Assembly: GCA_021773055.1 (NCBI GenBank)
Contig: JAJFKV010000044.1
Location: 20,151-84,150 of the forward strand
Direction: 5' to 3'
DNA: 64,000 nucleotides
From: Woeseiaceae bacterium
GTDB lineage: Bacteria > Pseudomonadota > Gammaproteobacteria > Steroidobacterales > Woeseiaceae
Every line of letters starts with the position of its first letter. The stretch's first letter is position 1. This document shows, piece by piece, positions 44,201 through 53,630 of the stretch. Position numbers and translations under genes: made by a program. The notes beneath the pieces are model-generated. The model was not told the DNA's origin and did no database searches. It saw only the letters and a list, made by a program, of their open reading frames with translations.

Positions 44201-45307
44201 CTAGCCATCCTTCGCTGCTACATCCGTCGTTGTCGAATCTGAAACCATAATTTTCACTGCGGTGCCCTCACTCAGATTCTCCGCGCCACGAACCGCAACA
44301 CGATCGCCCTCGTGCAATGGCCCTGTTACGGCGATGAGTTCGCCGGACGAATCCCCTAACTCAACTGCCACGCGCTCGGCGACATTATCGTCGTTAACTC
44401 GAAAGACGAAGGTGCCCTCGTTGCGGAGGACTAGCGCATCGCGTGGCACGGCCAAGGAAATCCTTCGCGCGCGGATCGGTACTGCTACGCTAACGAGTTG
44501 CCCTACAGTCCAATTCGCCGAGGCACTTTGCGGCAAGTCGATACGAGCCTCAAAGGTTTGCGAACGAATATCACCGGTCGGTATTAACGCTCTTATGCGA
44601 CCTTCAAACCGAGTGCCGGTCGCGAAAACCTCGATGGCGTCGCCCGCAGTGGTGCGTGACAAGTGTTTCAAAGGTACGAATGCACGAACCTCCATGTTTT
44701 GAATGTCGGTCATCTGCGCCAGGATTTCGCCACGCGCAACGTCTTCGCCGGCACGATGGACTCGGTTGATAACTACCCCGGAAAATGGAGCACGAATATT
44801 GGCACGTCGAATCTGGTCGTCGATTTGGCGAATACGGACTTTCGTAATAGTCGTATCGCTGATGGCCAGATCACGGTTTGCTTCAGTTTGCTCGAGCTCA
44901 AACTCCGAAACAAGATTGGAGCCCTCCAATTCACGTTGACGACTTAGCTGGCTTTCAAGTTGCCGCACGTTAATTTCCGCACGTTTTAAAAGCGCTTCCT
45001 GCTCGGCCCGCTGCAATTGCAATGGGCCGCTGTCGATTCGAGCAATGGAGTCACCTTTTTCAATAAAGGTACCGGGTTCTGCGACCCCGATTAACTGGCC
45101 AGTAACGCCCGCGGTTACCTGAACATCATTGCGACTGTAAATCGTTCCGGGGACTGCCACTGTCGGCGCCAGTTCTGTCCTTGAGACGCTGGCGACCTGC
45201 ACAACACTCGCGGGAGCTTGCTGCTGTGCGAGAACGGGCGTTGCCAATAACAGTGGCAATAATAGTAGCCGTAAACGGAGTGCCAGATAATCGGAATTAT
45301 GCATCAA
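44201..45307 (-). CDS. Efflux RND transporter periplasmic adaptor (membrane fusion protein)
   Basis: 368 aa with a signal/anchor, lipoyl-hairpin-barrel organisation (coiled-coil segment LQLQRAEQEALLKRAEINVRQLESQLSRQREL), and an overlap with the upstream RND permease gene. Confidence 0.85.
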   Translation of the reverse strand: MMHNSDYLALRLRLLLLPLLLATPVLAQQQAPASVVQVASVSRTELAPTVAVPGTIYSRNDVQVTAGVTGQLIGVAEPGTFIEKGDSIARIDSGPLQLQRAEQEALLKRAEINVRQLESQLSRQRELEGSNLVSEFELEQTEANRDLAISDTTITKVRIRQIDDQIRRANIRAPFSGVVINRVHRAGEDVARGEILAQMTDIQNMEVRAFVPLKHLSRTTAGDAIEVFATGTRFEGRIRALIPTGDIRSQTFEARIDLPQSASANWTVGQLVSVAVPIRARRISLAVPRDALVLRNEGTFVFRVNDDNVAERVAVELGDSSGELIAVTGPLHEGDRVAVRGAENLSEGTAVKIMVSDSTTTDVAAKDG

Positions 45308-48300
45308 CAGTTGCTCCCTGAACTTTGTTTGATGGCGATCGCCTGCCGAGCAATTGCGCTAGAGATAGCGGCGCCAATCGCAAGATGGCAGGCATCAGAA
45401 TAAGTGTGAACACGGCGCTGACAAACATGCCACCAATAATGACGGTCGCGAGGCCCCGATAAATTTGTGAGCCGACGCCTGGTACCAGCATCAGCGGCAA
45501 CATGCCGAAAATACTGGTCAGCGTACTCATATAGATGGGCCGTGCTCGTACACGTACCGCTGCGGCGACCGCCTGACTGCGTTCGAGTCCATTTCTTTGC
45601 CCAACGCGTGTTTGCATGACCAGCAAGATCGCATTATTGACGACCAGGCCCAGCAAGATGAGAAAGCCAATTGTGGTCAGGAGGTCCATGGCCTGTGCTG
45701 TAAACAGGTTGAGTACGCGCAGAGCAATTACGCCACCCGCGATTGCCAGTGGCATAGAAAGCATGACAAGGAACGCGTCCCAGATCGAGCGGAACATCGC
45801 TGCCAGAATTAGTAGCAAGACAATGGCGGCAATGCCGAGATTGGTTTGCATGGTACTAAATGCACCTTCGAGTCGATCTGCCGTACCACTATAAGCGACG
45901 CTAACCTCGTCCGGCATGATGTCATTTAATTTCGGTCCAGCGACATCGCGCAATTGCTCAAGCGCTTCCTGAACCGTCATATCGGGCGGTGGGGTCACCG
46001 ACAGCGTTAGTGTTCGCTGACCGTTGACGCGGCGTAGCTGTGATGGTCCGACGGTGCGCCGTATATCGGTCAGTTCGCCAATACTCTGAATTCCTGCCAA
46101 CGGTGTTGCGACAGGAATCGCCGCGAGCGCTTCAGGTGAGTCCCACGTCGGGCCACGCAGAATCATATCCATACGGTCATTACCGTCAAAATACTCACCG
46201 ACAAATGTGCCACTGGTCATTGCTCGAACGATGTTTGCGACGGTAGCGCGATCCAGTCCAGCAGCCGTGATACGCCGGTCATTCGGAACCAGTTGTAGCT
46301 CTGGCTCGGCGATCGCGAGTCCGGGAATCGGACGAACCTGCGCGCCGGGTACAGCCTCGTCAATAATTCCCATCGCAGAGGTGGCGACCTCTGACAGGAC
46401 ATAAATATCCGGACCCTGGAGATCAACATTGATGCTGCGCCCGCCATCGAATCCGAAATTCAGTAGTGATGACCGCTGTACAAATGCGCGTGTGTCCGGC
46501 AGGTCCACAAGCACCTCATCTCGAACGATACCCATCATTTCGTCAATGCGAGCAGGGTTTTGTGGGTACAGGAATAACATGTTAAATGCGCCAAAAGCAG
46601 AGAGGTTGTAGCCACGAATGAACGGTTCTTTCTCGTGATCCATATAGGGTTTCAGACGCTCAACGATTGTCCCGGCGATTTCCGTTTCCATCAGTTCGAC
46701 GGTGCCGCCCGGCGGCATGCTGAAAAAGGCATTTAGCGAGTCGGATGGTGCCTGCGGTAACAAATTAGCTTTGGGTACGAGCAGCATAACGGTGAGTATT
46801 GAAGCGCCCAGAATGCCGACGATCCAGGCAACGCAAAGTGCGGGCGTTCGGGTAGCCTTCATGATGAAACTGGAGATATTCGTCCACCAGTGTTCACAAG
46901 GGTCGCTTTCTTCTTTCTTCAGCAAGAAGGAGGCCGCGACAGGTAATACCGTTATGGCGATGAAGAAAGATGCAGAGACGGCAACAGCGATAGTTAACGC
47001 CAGGTCCTGAAACAACTGACCCTCCATACCATCCATAAACAGAACAGGTACGAAAATAGCGACGCTGGTTACCGTGGACGCGAACAAAGCTCCGGTAATC
47101 TGACGAGTGCCAGTTGCCACCGATTCGCTTAATCCCGCCCCGTTCTGGCGGCACCTGACAATATTCTCCAGAGTGACAATCGCCGCGTCCATGACAAGGC
47201 CGACCGAAAATGCGAGCCCCGCAAGCGAGATAACATTGAGTGACTTGTCGAACATACGCAATGCGACAAAGGCAACGAGTACTGACAGAGGCACTGTAGC
47301 GGTGACCAGGAATGTCGCCATACGGCTGCGCATCAGGAAATAGAGAACGGCTACCGCGAGCAGCAAGCCGATACCCAGGTTACCCTGAACGAGCGATATC
47401 GCGCGTCGAATATGAATCGATGCGTCGAAACTCAGGTCGATCGCCAGACCGGCGTCCGCCAGTGGGCCCTCATTTAACTCAACGACCACTTTATTGATTT
47501 CGTCAAGAATGGTTACCGTGTTGGCATCGAACTCGCGTTGAACCGTAATGTAGTAGGACGGAAAACCGTTACGCAGAGTGAAGCCATCTTGCTTGCGCGG
47601 TACGATTTCGACGTCAGCGACTTCGCTCAAATAGATGGGCCGATCGTTGCTCCAGCCCACAATGAGTTCGTTGAGTTGCTCGGGTTCGAATTGCCCGACG
47701 AAGCGCACAGTGTACTGGCGCCGGCCTACGTCAGCAAAACCACCCGACGAATCTGTGGCGCGGGAAACGGTGGAGATGATGTCGTTGATCTGTATGCCCA
47801 GTGCTGCAGCGCGGTAGGAGTCGAATGTAATATGGAGTTCTCGTGGCTGTTCGCCGGCGAGAAAAACCTGTGAAACGCCCGGAATTCGAGCGAGACGCGG
47901 CTGTACTTCGTCTTCAATGAGCTTCTGATAGCTCGCGAGCTCTCTGACCGGGTTATCGGGCAAGACCCGCACCAGCAATGATGCCGCGCCGGGCGTTTGC
48001 GGTCCGCCACCGGCACGCACTTGTGGCTCGATCGCATCATTGGGGCGCGGCGGCGCCTGCGTCAGGTTATTGATAACATCGAGCTTCGCGGTCTGCATGT
48101 CAGTACCGACAGCAAATGTCAGATTAACAAAGCCTTGCCCGCGCCCAATAAAGGAGTTGATATCGGTAAGTCCAGGCGTGTTTCGTAACACGTTTTCCTG
48201 TGGCTCGACGATATTGGCTTCCATTTCCTCGGGGGCCGCAGCGCGCCAGAAGTTGGCGACCGAGATCTGTGGCTGCTCGATGTTCGGCAGCAACTGTATC

Positions 48301-48398
48301 GGTAACGAGGAGATAGAAGTCAGGCCAAATAACGCAACCAACGCCACCGCGACAGCAACCGAAGGCCACTGTCGGGTACTGAGTTCTGTGAGATTCAT
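45297..48398 (-). CDS. Efflux RND transporter permease (AcrB/AcrD/AcrF family)
   Basis: 1033 aa with 12-TM RND architecture and two large periplasmic loops. The N-terminus is the typical MNLTELSTRQWPSVAVAVALV. Confidence 0.9.
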   Translation of the reverse strand: MNLTELSTRQWPSVAVAVALVALFGLTSISSLPIQLLPNIEQPQISVANFWRAAAPEEMEANIVEPQENVLRNTPGLTDINSFIGRGQGFVNLTFAVGTDMQTAKLDVINNLTQAPPRPNDAIEPQVRAGGGPQTPGAASLLVRVLPDNPVRELASYQKLIEDEVQPRLARIPGVSQVFLAGEQPRELHITFDSYRAAALGIQINDIISTVSRATDSSGGFADVGRRQYTVRFVGQFEPEQLNELIVGWSNDRPIYLSEVADVEIVPRKQDGFTLRNGFPSYYITVQREFDANTVTILDEINKVVVELNEGPLADAGLAIDLSFDASIHIRRAISLVQGNLGIGLLLAVAVLYFLMRSRMATFLVTATVPLSVLVAFVALRMFDKSLNVISLAGLAFSVGLVMDAAIVTLENIVRCRQNGAGLSESVATGTRQITGALFASTVTSVAIFVPVLFMDGMEGQLFQDLALTIAVAVSASFFIAITVLPVAASFLLKKEESDPCEHWWTNISSFIMKATRTPALCVAWIVGILGASILTVMLLVPKANLLPQAPSDSLNAFFSMPPGGTVELMETEIAGTIVERLKPYMDHEKEPFIRGYNLSAFGAFNMLFLYPQNPARIDEMMGIVRDEVLVDLPDTRAFVQRSSLLNFGFDGGRSINVDLQGPDIYVLSEVATSAMGIIDEAVPGAQVRPIPGLAIAEPELQLVPNDRRITAAGLDRATVANIVRAMTSGTFVGEYFDGNDRMDMILRGPTWDSPEALAAIPVATPLAGIQSIGELTDIRRTVGPSQLRRVNGQRTLTLSVTPPPDMTVQEALEQLRDVAGPKLNDIMPDEVSVAYSGTADRLEGAFSTMQTNLGIAAIVLLLILAAMFRSIWDAFLVMLSMPLAIAGGVIALRVLNLFTAQAMDLLTTIGFLILLGLVVNNAILLVMQTRVGQRNGLERSQAVAAAVRVRARPIYMSTLTSIFGMLPLMLVPGVGSQIYRGLATVIIGGMFVSAVFTLILMPAILRLAPLSLAQLLGRRSPSNKVQGATVDA

Positions 48399-48511
48399 GC
48401 ATCGTTAGATGCAGTAGCGCCGGATTTAGTTGCGCTGCTTGCGTCCGTTGTGGTCCTTTACTTATGCCACATTAGAATATGGGTGACCGTCAGTCAGGGT
48501 CGGACGCAGCG

Positions 48512-50281
48512 CTAGTCTCCTTGCCGTGGAATGGCCTCGTTAAGCATCAGCGCACGCACGTACCGGACAGGCGGTGAACCGTAGGACAGTGCCTGATCGT
48601 GGTAACGACGAAGCGTGAATTCATCACCCCATGCCTTCTCTACGGCAGCACGCAGTTCAATGTGTTCCTGGTAGCCAACGAAGTAGGTCGAGAGCTGCGC
48701 GGAGCTGAGCTGCGCGCGCACCCACTTGAGTGCAGCCTCTCTTTCTTCCTGAAATCCGCCTTCGATCATCAGGTTCATCGCGGAATCTCGTGTCATCCCG
48801 TCAACATGAATGGCCGAATCGATAATTGCGTTCGTAATGCCGCGCAAATACCACTTCAGGTTGATGAGTTTCATGAGCGGATCGTGATCGAGGTACCCTG
48901 CGGCGATCATCATTTGCTCAGCATAAACACCCCAGCCCTCGACGAACGGTCCCGACCACAGCACCGAGCGCAAAGCGGAGGGGTATCGATTGCTCAAAGC
49001 GAGTTGCAGATAATGTCCGGGAACACCTTCGTGGATGGTCAGGTCCTGAATCGAATACAGATTGTATTCGCGAAGAAATGACTGAACTTGCTCCTCTGAC
49101 CAGTCTTCTGGCAACGGGGCGACCGCATAGAACGCAGGCTGATCACGGTCAAGAGGTCCCGGCGGGTCGAGATAGGCAATGCTTACGCCACGCTGGAACT
49201 CGGGCATGATGATAATCTCAACCGGCACATCCGGCATCGTGACGATATTATTCTCAATGACGAAGTCTGTCGCTTGCTGTAGCTGTTGTTTCGCGACCGC
49301 TACGATACCGTCACGGGGCGGCAATACCGCGTATGCCTCCTCAAGCGCCGAGCGGATAATTGACTGTTTGTACGCCTCGTCCGGGTTGTCCGGGAATGCT
49401 GTGAACGGATGTTTGCCGAGGTATACCGTTTTTGCGACGGTGTACATCTCATTGCGTACGACCGCATATTCCTGCTCGGCCCGGGCGGTGATTTCCTTGC
49501 GACTCAGAGGCGAGTTGAGGGCAAACGCGAGCTTCGTGTCATAGAGTTCTGCGCCTACTCGAAAGTTGCCGGTGGCACGAGGTAGCAGGTCTTCTTCGAG
49601 CCAGGTTTGGTGATCGGCGACAGCATCTTTGGCTAATTCAATCGCAGCGGTCAGCTGCACCTGCTCCTTAGCCGACAAAACACCCATCTGAGGAACGATC
49701 AAGGTATCGATGATCGACGCCAGGCCCGGGTTCTGTTTGATCGCAGTCTCGCCGTGAATTTTCGGCACACGTTCGGGTTGCAGCGCTGCCCGTGACTGTT
49801 CGAGAAAGCGTGGTATCTGCCGGAGTCGTGCGGCGGCACTTGCAAGGCGAGTTTCAATGGGCGCGAAATCTCGCGCAAGCAGTGAGTAAATCGAGCTACC
49901 CGATATCTCGATGTAGTACAGCGGATTCCAGGCCCACTCTTGTAGCTCATCCAGGGACCATAGATCGGACTTGAGCTTATTCATTAGAATCTCAGCATCA
50001 ATCTGATTGGCACGAGCGAGATCATCAAAATCCAGCGCGTCCAGCGCCGCAATGTAGTCGAGGAGTAACTCGCGACGATCTGCACGCGCCGCAGCGCCAA
50101 CATCATCAAGCTTGTGATCGGCGCTGTGGTCGCCAATGTAGGTCGCAAAAACGGGCGAAAAACTACTCAGATCACTGACGTATTCGTCGGCGAGATTCTG
50201 AAATGCCTCGTCGGTATTACTGGCGGCGAATGCGGTCACGCCCGGAAATAGAAGTACGACTAGAAGGAAAGCTCGTTTCAC
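48512..50281 (-). CDS. DUF885-family secreted protein (putative metallopeptidase-like)
   Basis: Signal peptide MKRAFLLVVLLFPGVTAFAA. The HEGVPGHYLQ motif and overall length are typical of DUF885. Confidence 0.7.
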   Translation of the reverse strand: MKRAFLLVVLLFPGVTAFAASNTDEAFQNLADEYVSDLSSFSPVFATYIGDHSADHKLDDVGAAARADRRELLLDYIAALDALDFDDLARANQIDAEILMNKLKSDLWSLDELQEWAWNPLYYIEISGSSIYSLLARDFAPIETRLASAAARLRQIPRFLEQSRAALQPERVPKIHGETAIKQNPGLASIIDTLIVPQMGVLSAKEQVQLTAAIELAKDAVADHQTWLEEDLLPRATGNFRVGAELYDTKLAFALNSPLSRKEITARAEQEYAVVRNEMYTVAKTVYLGKHPFTAFPDNPDEAYKQSIIRSALEEAYAVLPPRDGIVAVAKQQLQQATDFVIENNIVTMPDVPVEIIIMPEFQRGVSIAYLDPPGPLDRDQPAFYAVAPLPEDWSEEQVQSFLREYNLYSIQDLTIHEGVPGHYLQLALSNRYPSALRSVLWSGPFVEGWGVYAEQMMIAAGYLDHDPLMKLINLKWYLRGITNAIIDSAIHVDGMTRDSAMNLMIEGGFQEEREAALKWVRAQLSSAQLSTYFVGYQEHIELRAAVEKAWGDEFTLRRYHDQALSYGSPPVRYVRALMLNEAIPRQGD

Positions 50282-50352
50282 AGTGGCGCCCTGAGCGTTA
50301 TTGATATGCGCAAGACCTTAGCATGGCTGCGGCATCGCTGTAATATCCTCCT

Positions 50353-51258
50353 ATGCCCCGAGTCCTGCGAATGTTACTAATGGCAACCGCACTTGCTGCG
50401 CCGCCGATGTCGCTGGCGGACATGGCTCTCCCGTTGTCGCTTGTTCGAGTTCCGGAGTCGGTCAAAACGGTGTTCGTAGCGGAAACTTCGACTTCCAGGT
50501 TCCATCGCTTCCTGCGGTCGGACACTGGCATGGTTCACAGTGGCAGTTTTTACATGTCGATCGGTGAGGACGGACCGGGAAAGGAGAGCTCGGGCGACAA
50601 ACGCACGCCTCTAGGGGTGTATTTCATTACCGAGCAACTCGATACCACCAAGCTGCATGAAAAGTACGGCGCCACCGCATTTCCTCTCGATTACCCCAAT
50701 GCCTGGGATCAGCGAGCCGAGCGTGATGGTGACGGTATCTGGGTACACGGCGTTCACCCGGAGGGTGGGCAGCGTCCTGCAAGGGATACAGACGGCTGCA
50801 TAGCGCTTGGCAATGAAGACCTGATCATGTTGACGCCCGAGTTCGTGGACAATGTGACGCCGGTGCTGGTTACGAGAGAGGTCGACTGGGATGAAACCGC
50901 GACCAATGACGAATTGCGGATCGAACTGGAAAGCCGCGTCGCCGAGTGGGCAAGCAGCAAAGCAAGCGGCGACCTCTTTGGGTTCCTGTCGCTCTACGCC
51001 GATGACTTCGGGCGCTGGGGAATGGATAAGACACAATGGTCGTCTGTTTATCTGAGTGCCGCCCGCGAGCAACCGATAAGCGCGGTAGCACTTGATGATC
51101 TGCTATTGCTGGCTTACCCGGGCGAAGATAATCTGTACCTCAGTCGGTTTCGACAAACAGTCAAAAACGATGAGCGCGAAATTGTTTCTACAACCAGACT
51201 GTACTGGCGCCGAAATAGTCACGGCGCCTTGAAAATCATTGCCGAAGATGAGGGCTAA
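50353..51258 (+). CDS. L,D-transpeptidase (YkuD) family protein
   Basis: Signal peptide plus the catalytic region WVHGVHPEGGQRPARDTDGCIALGNEDL (His...Cys of the YkuD fold). Confidence 0.75.
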   Translation: MPRVLRMLLMATALAAPPMSLADMALPLSLVRVPESVKTVFVAETSTSRFHRFLRSDTGMVHSGSFYMSIGEDGPGKESSGDKRTPLGVYFITEQLDTTKLHEKYGATAFPLDYPNAWDQRAERDGDGIWVHGVHPEGGQRPARDTDGCIALGNEDLIMLTPEFVDNVTPVLVTREVDWDETATNDELRIELESRVAEWASSKASGDLFGFLSLYADDFGRWGMDKTQWSSVYLSAAREQPISAVALDDLLLLAYPGEDNLYLSRFRQTVKNDEREIVSTTRLYWRRNSHGALKIIAEDEG

Positions 51259-51279
51259 GCCTCTTTAGCAGTGAGGCAA

Positions 51280-52134
51280 CTAGCGCAGCCCTTCACGAAC
51301 AGTGAGCTCGTCAATCAATTCGATTAACTTCGGATAACTGCCGGCTGAGCCCGCGTCGGTGCGGTACTTGCCGTTGACGACGATCATCGGAACACTGGCA
51401 ACGCCGTAACGACGGGCAAGATCCTGAGCGACGCGCAGCGCCTGATTGACCTCGAAAGAGCTCCAGGTTCGCTGGAAATCGTCTTCGCTTACACCCGCAC
51501 GAACAAATAGCCGCTGGATAGCTGCTTCTGACGTTAATCGGTTGCCGCGGCGATGAAATTCCTCAAACACCATGTTGCGAAATGCGATTTGATCCTTGAG
51601 CTTGCCCGACTCGGTCAGGTAATACTCGGTGTAATAGAGCTGGCCGTGCAGCACCGCCAGCTGATTGAACATTGCAGGGATTCGAACCAGGCGGACATTA
51701 GGATCTTTGCTTTCCGCCCATCGATTTATGAAGCCCTCGAGATCGTAACAATGCGGGCAGCTGTACATGAATATTTCAGCGACCTCGATCTTGTCGGCGC
51801 CGCCAACAGTCCCCTGCGTCGGAATCAGGCGGGTGAAGTTCTGACCCTCCTTGTACTGCCAGGTCCTCGGGGGTGTGGCAGTATCAGCTTGCGCCAGGAC
51901 GATAGCCCGGTCTTCGGGCTCGGCTTCGGCCGCCGATTCCTCGACAACTTCAAGAGGAACCGAGGCGGGGGCCGGGCTTTCAGCGGTTTCGGCCTCCGGT
52001 GCAGTGGTTTCAGCCGCCACGACTGCAGTGTCTGCTGTCGGCGGCTCGCTTACTTCTTCTTTGCTGCAACCTGCGAAAAAGAGGCCCAGTATGGCCAGTG
52101 CGGCTAATGCCGCAACGCGATTTAGTTTTTTCAT
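51280..52134 (-). CDS. dsbA: Thiol:disulfide interchange protein DsbA-like, lipoprotein form with a low-complexity linker
   Basis: Lipobox LFFAGC-SKEE, an acidic Ala/Glu/Pro-rich linker, and a thioredoxin fold with active site YSCPHCY. Confidence 0.85.
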   Translation of the reverse strand: MKKLNRVAALAALAILGLFFAGCSKEEVSEPPTADTAVVAAETTAPEAETAESPAPASVPLEVVEESAAEAEPEDRAIVLAQADTATPPRTWQYKEGQNFTRLIPTQGTVGGADKIEVAEIFMYSCPHCYDLEGFINRWAESKDPNVRLVRIPAMFNQLAVLHGQLYYTEYYLTESGKLKDQIAFRNMVFEEFHRRGNRLTSEAAIQRLFVRAGVSEDDFQRTWSSFEVNQALRVAQDLARRYGVASVPMIVVNGKYRTDAGSAGSYPKLIELIDELTVREGLR

Positions 52135-52136
52135 GC

Positions 52137-52766
52137 TTACTTGAGACCCTGCATATAGGAAGAAAGTGCCGCAATATCGTCTTTATCGAGATTTGCCGCA
52201 ATGTCTCTCATGATACGGGTCTTGCCGTCGGTAGTACGTGCAGCGTTCGCATAATCATTTAATTGCTTGGAAGTATAAGCAGCGTGTTGCCCGTTCAGGG
52301 CCGGATACTTCGCCGCAGGATTGCCGCGCCCAGTGGGACCATGGCAAGCAAGGCAAGCGGCAGCCTCTTCTTCCAAGTTGCCGCCGCGGTACAGTGCTTC
52401 ACCGCGATCAAGCAGGCTTTCATCAGCAACAGCCTGCGCCGCGGCCGGAAGGCTCTCGAAGTAGACCGCGAGGTTCGCCATATCGGTGTCAGACAGCATC
52501 ATCGCTTGTCCGGTCATCAAAGGGTCCGAACGCTCGCCATTCTTAAAGGCCTGTAACTGGGCCAAAATATACGGCGCGTTTTGCCCTGCGAGATTCGGCC
52601 ACATCGGGCTTGCACTGTTGCCGTCAGCACCGTGGCAGGCGCTACACGTCAGTGCTCGTGCCTTGCCGGCGTCAGCCGACCCGTCGACGAGACTTTCTGC
52701 ATGAATTTGGGTATTTGCCAGCGCGAGGCCGACCAGTGCGAATAGCGATGAGAGCTTCATTTTCAT
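52137..52766 (-). CDS. Dihaem cytochrome c4
   Basis: Signal peptide and two class I haem sites, CSACHG and CLACHG, each followed by a distal Met region. It sits beside dsbA and engB, as in pseudomonads. Confidence 0.88.
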   Translation of the reverse strand: MKMKLSSLFALVGLALANTQIHAESLVDGSADAGKARALTCSACHGADGNSASPMWPNLAGQNAPYILAQLQAFKNGERSDPLMTGQAMMLSDTDMANLAVYFESLPAAAQAVADESLLDRGEALYRGGNLEEEAAACLACHGPTGRGNPAAKYPALNGQHAAYTSKQLNDYANAARTTDGKTRIMRDIAANLDKDDIAALSSYMQGLK

Positions 52767-52838
52767 ATCGTGTAACCGTTACTTCCCTGCGTTGGGTATT
52801 ATCCTAAAATTATACACGTTATCCGCAGGGCATACCCC

Positions 52839-53435
52839 ATGTCGCAATACCCAGAAGCCCATTTCATAAAGAGCGCTAATGCGCTGCGCCAGTTCGTCCC
52901 GGATACGGGTGCGGAGGTGGCCGTTGCCGGGCGATCGAATGCCGGCAAGTCGAGCGCAATCAATATTATTGTCAATCGCCGCCAGTTTGCTCGTACCAGC
53001 AAAACGCCGGGCCGCACGCAGCTCGTGAACTTTTTTGGTCTTCGGGATGAGCAGCGGCTGGTTGATCTGCCGGGCTACGGCTTCGCAAAGGTCTCTACAA
53101 AATTGCGTGCGCACTGGCGTGATTTGATGGCCGACTATTTCGAGGCGCGGAAGAGCCTGCAAGGACTGTTCCTGATTGTCGACATAAGGCGCCAGATCAC
53201 GGAATTTGACAAGCAAATGCTGGCATTTGCGGAACAGGTTTCACTGCCAACTCACGTGTTGCTGACGAAAACGGACAAACTGAAGCGCGGTCAGGCTGCG
53301 ACGGCATTGCTCGAAGTGCGTCGTGACCTCGGCGAAATTGCCAGCGTGCAACACTTCTCAGCCCTGACACGCCTGGGAGAAGACGAGGCCCGCGCAAAGC
53401 TCGATGAGTTTCTGTCGCTGGAGGGTCGGGAATAA
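52839..53435 (+). CDS. engB: Ribosome biogenesis GTP-binding protein YihA/YsxC (EngB)
   Basis: G1 motif VAVAGRSNAGKSSAIN, G3 motif DLPGYG and G4 motif LTKTDK. Confidence 0.92.
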   Translation: MSQYPEAHFIKSANALRQFVPDTGAEVAVAGRSNAGKSSAINIIVNRRQFARTSKTPGRTQLVNFFGLRDEQRLVDLPGYGFAKVSTKLRAHWRDLMADYFEARKSLQGLFLIVDIRRQITEFDKQMLAFAEQVSLPTHVLLTKTDKLKRGQAATALLEVRRDLGEIASVQHFSALTRLGEDEARAKLDEFLSLEGRE

Positions 53436-53630
53436 AATGACCCCGAAGCATCAGTTGTAGCCGATACCCCGGGGCCAGAAGAAGCAAGCGACTTGGGGTT
53501 GTCGCGTTGCACGCCTGTTTAGGGAGGTAAACAGGCGAGTGACTATTGCACTCAAAAGATTAGAGTAAACAATTTGTATTCGGTTCAAAAAAAATACAAG
53601 CTATTGAATAATAAGATTTAATTTCTTCAA

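Noticed and set aside
53574-53599. TTGTATT-N12-AATACAA as the polA terminator
   Set aside because: The stem is a 7-bp AT-rich stem with a 12-nt loop and no clean downstream U-tract on the minus strand. That is too weak to annotate as a terminator.
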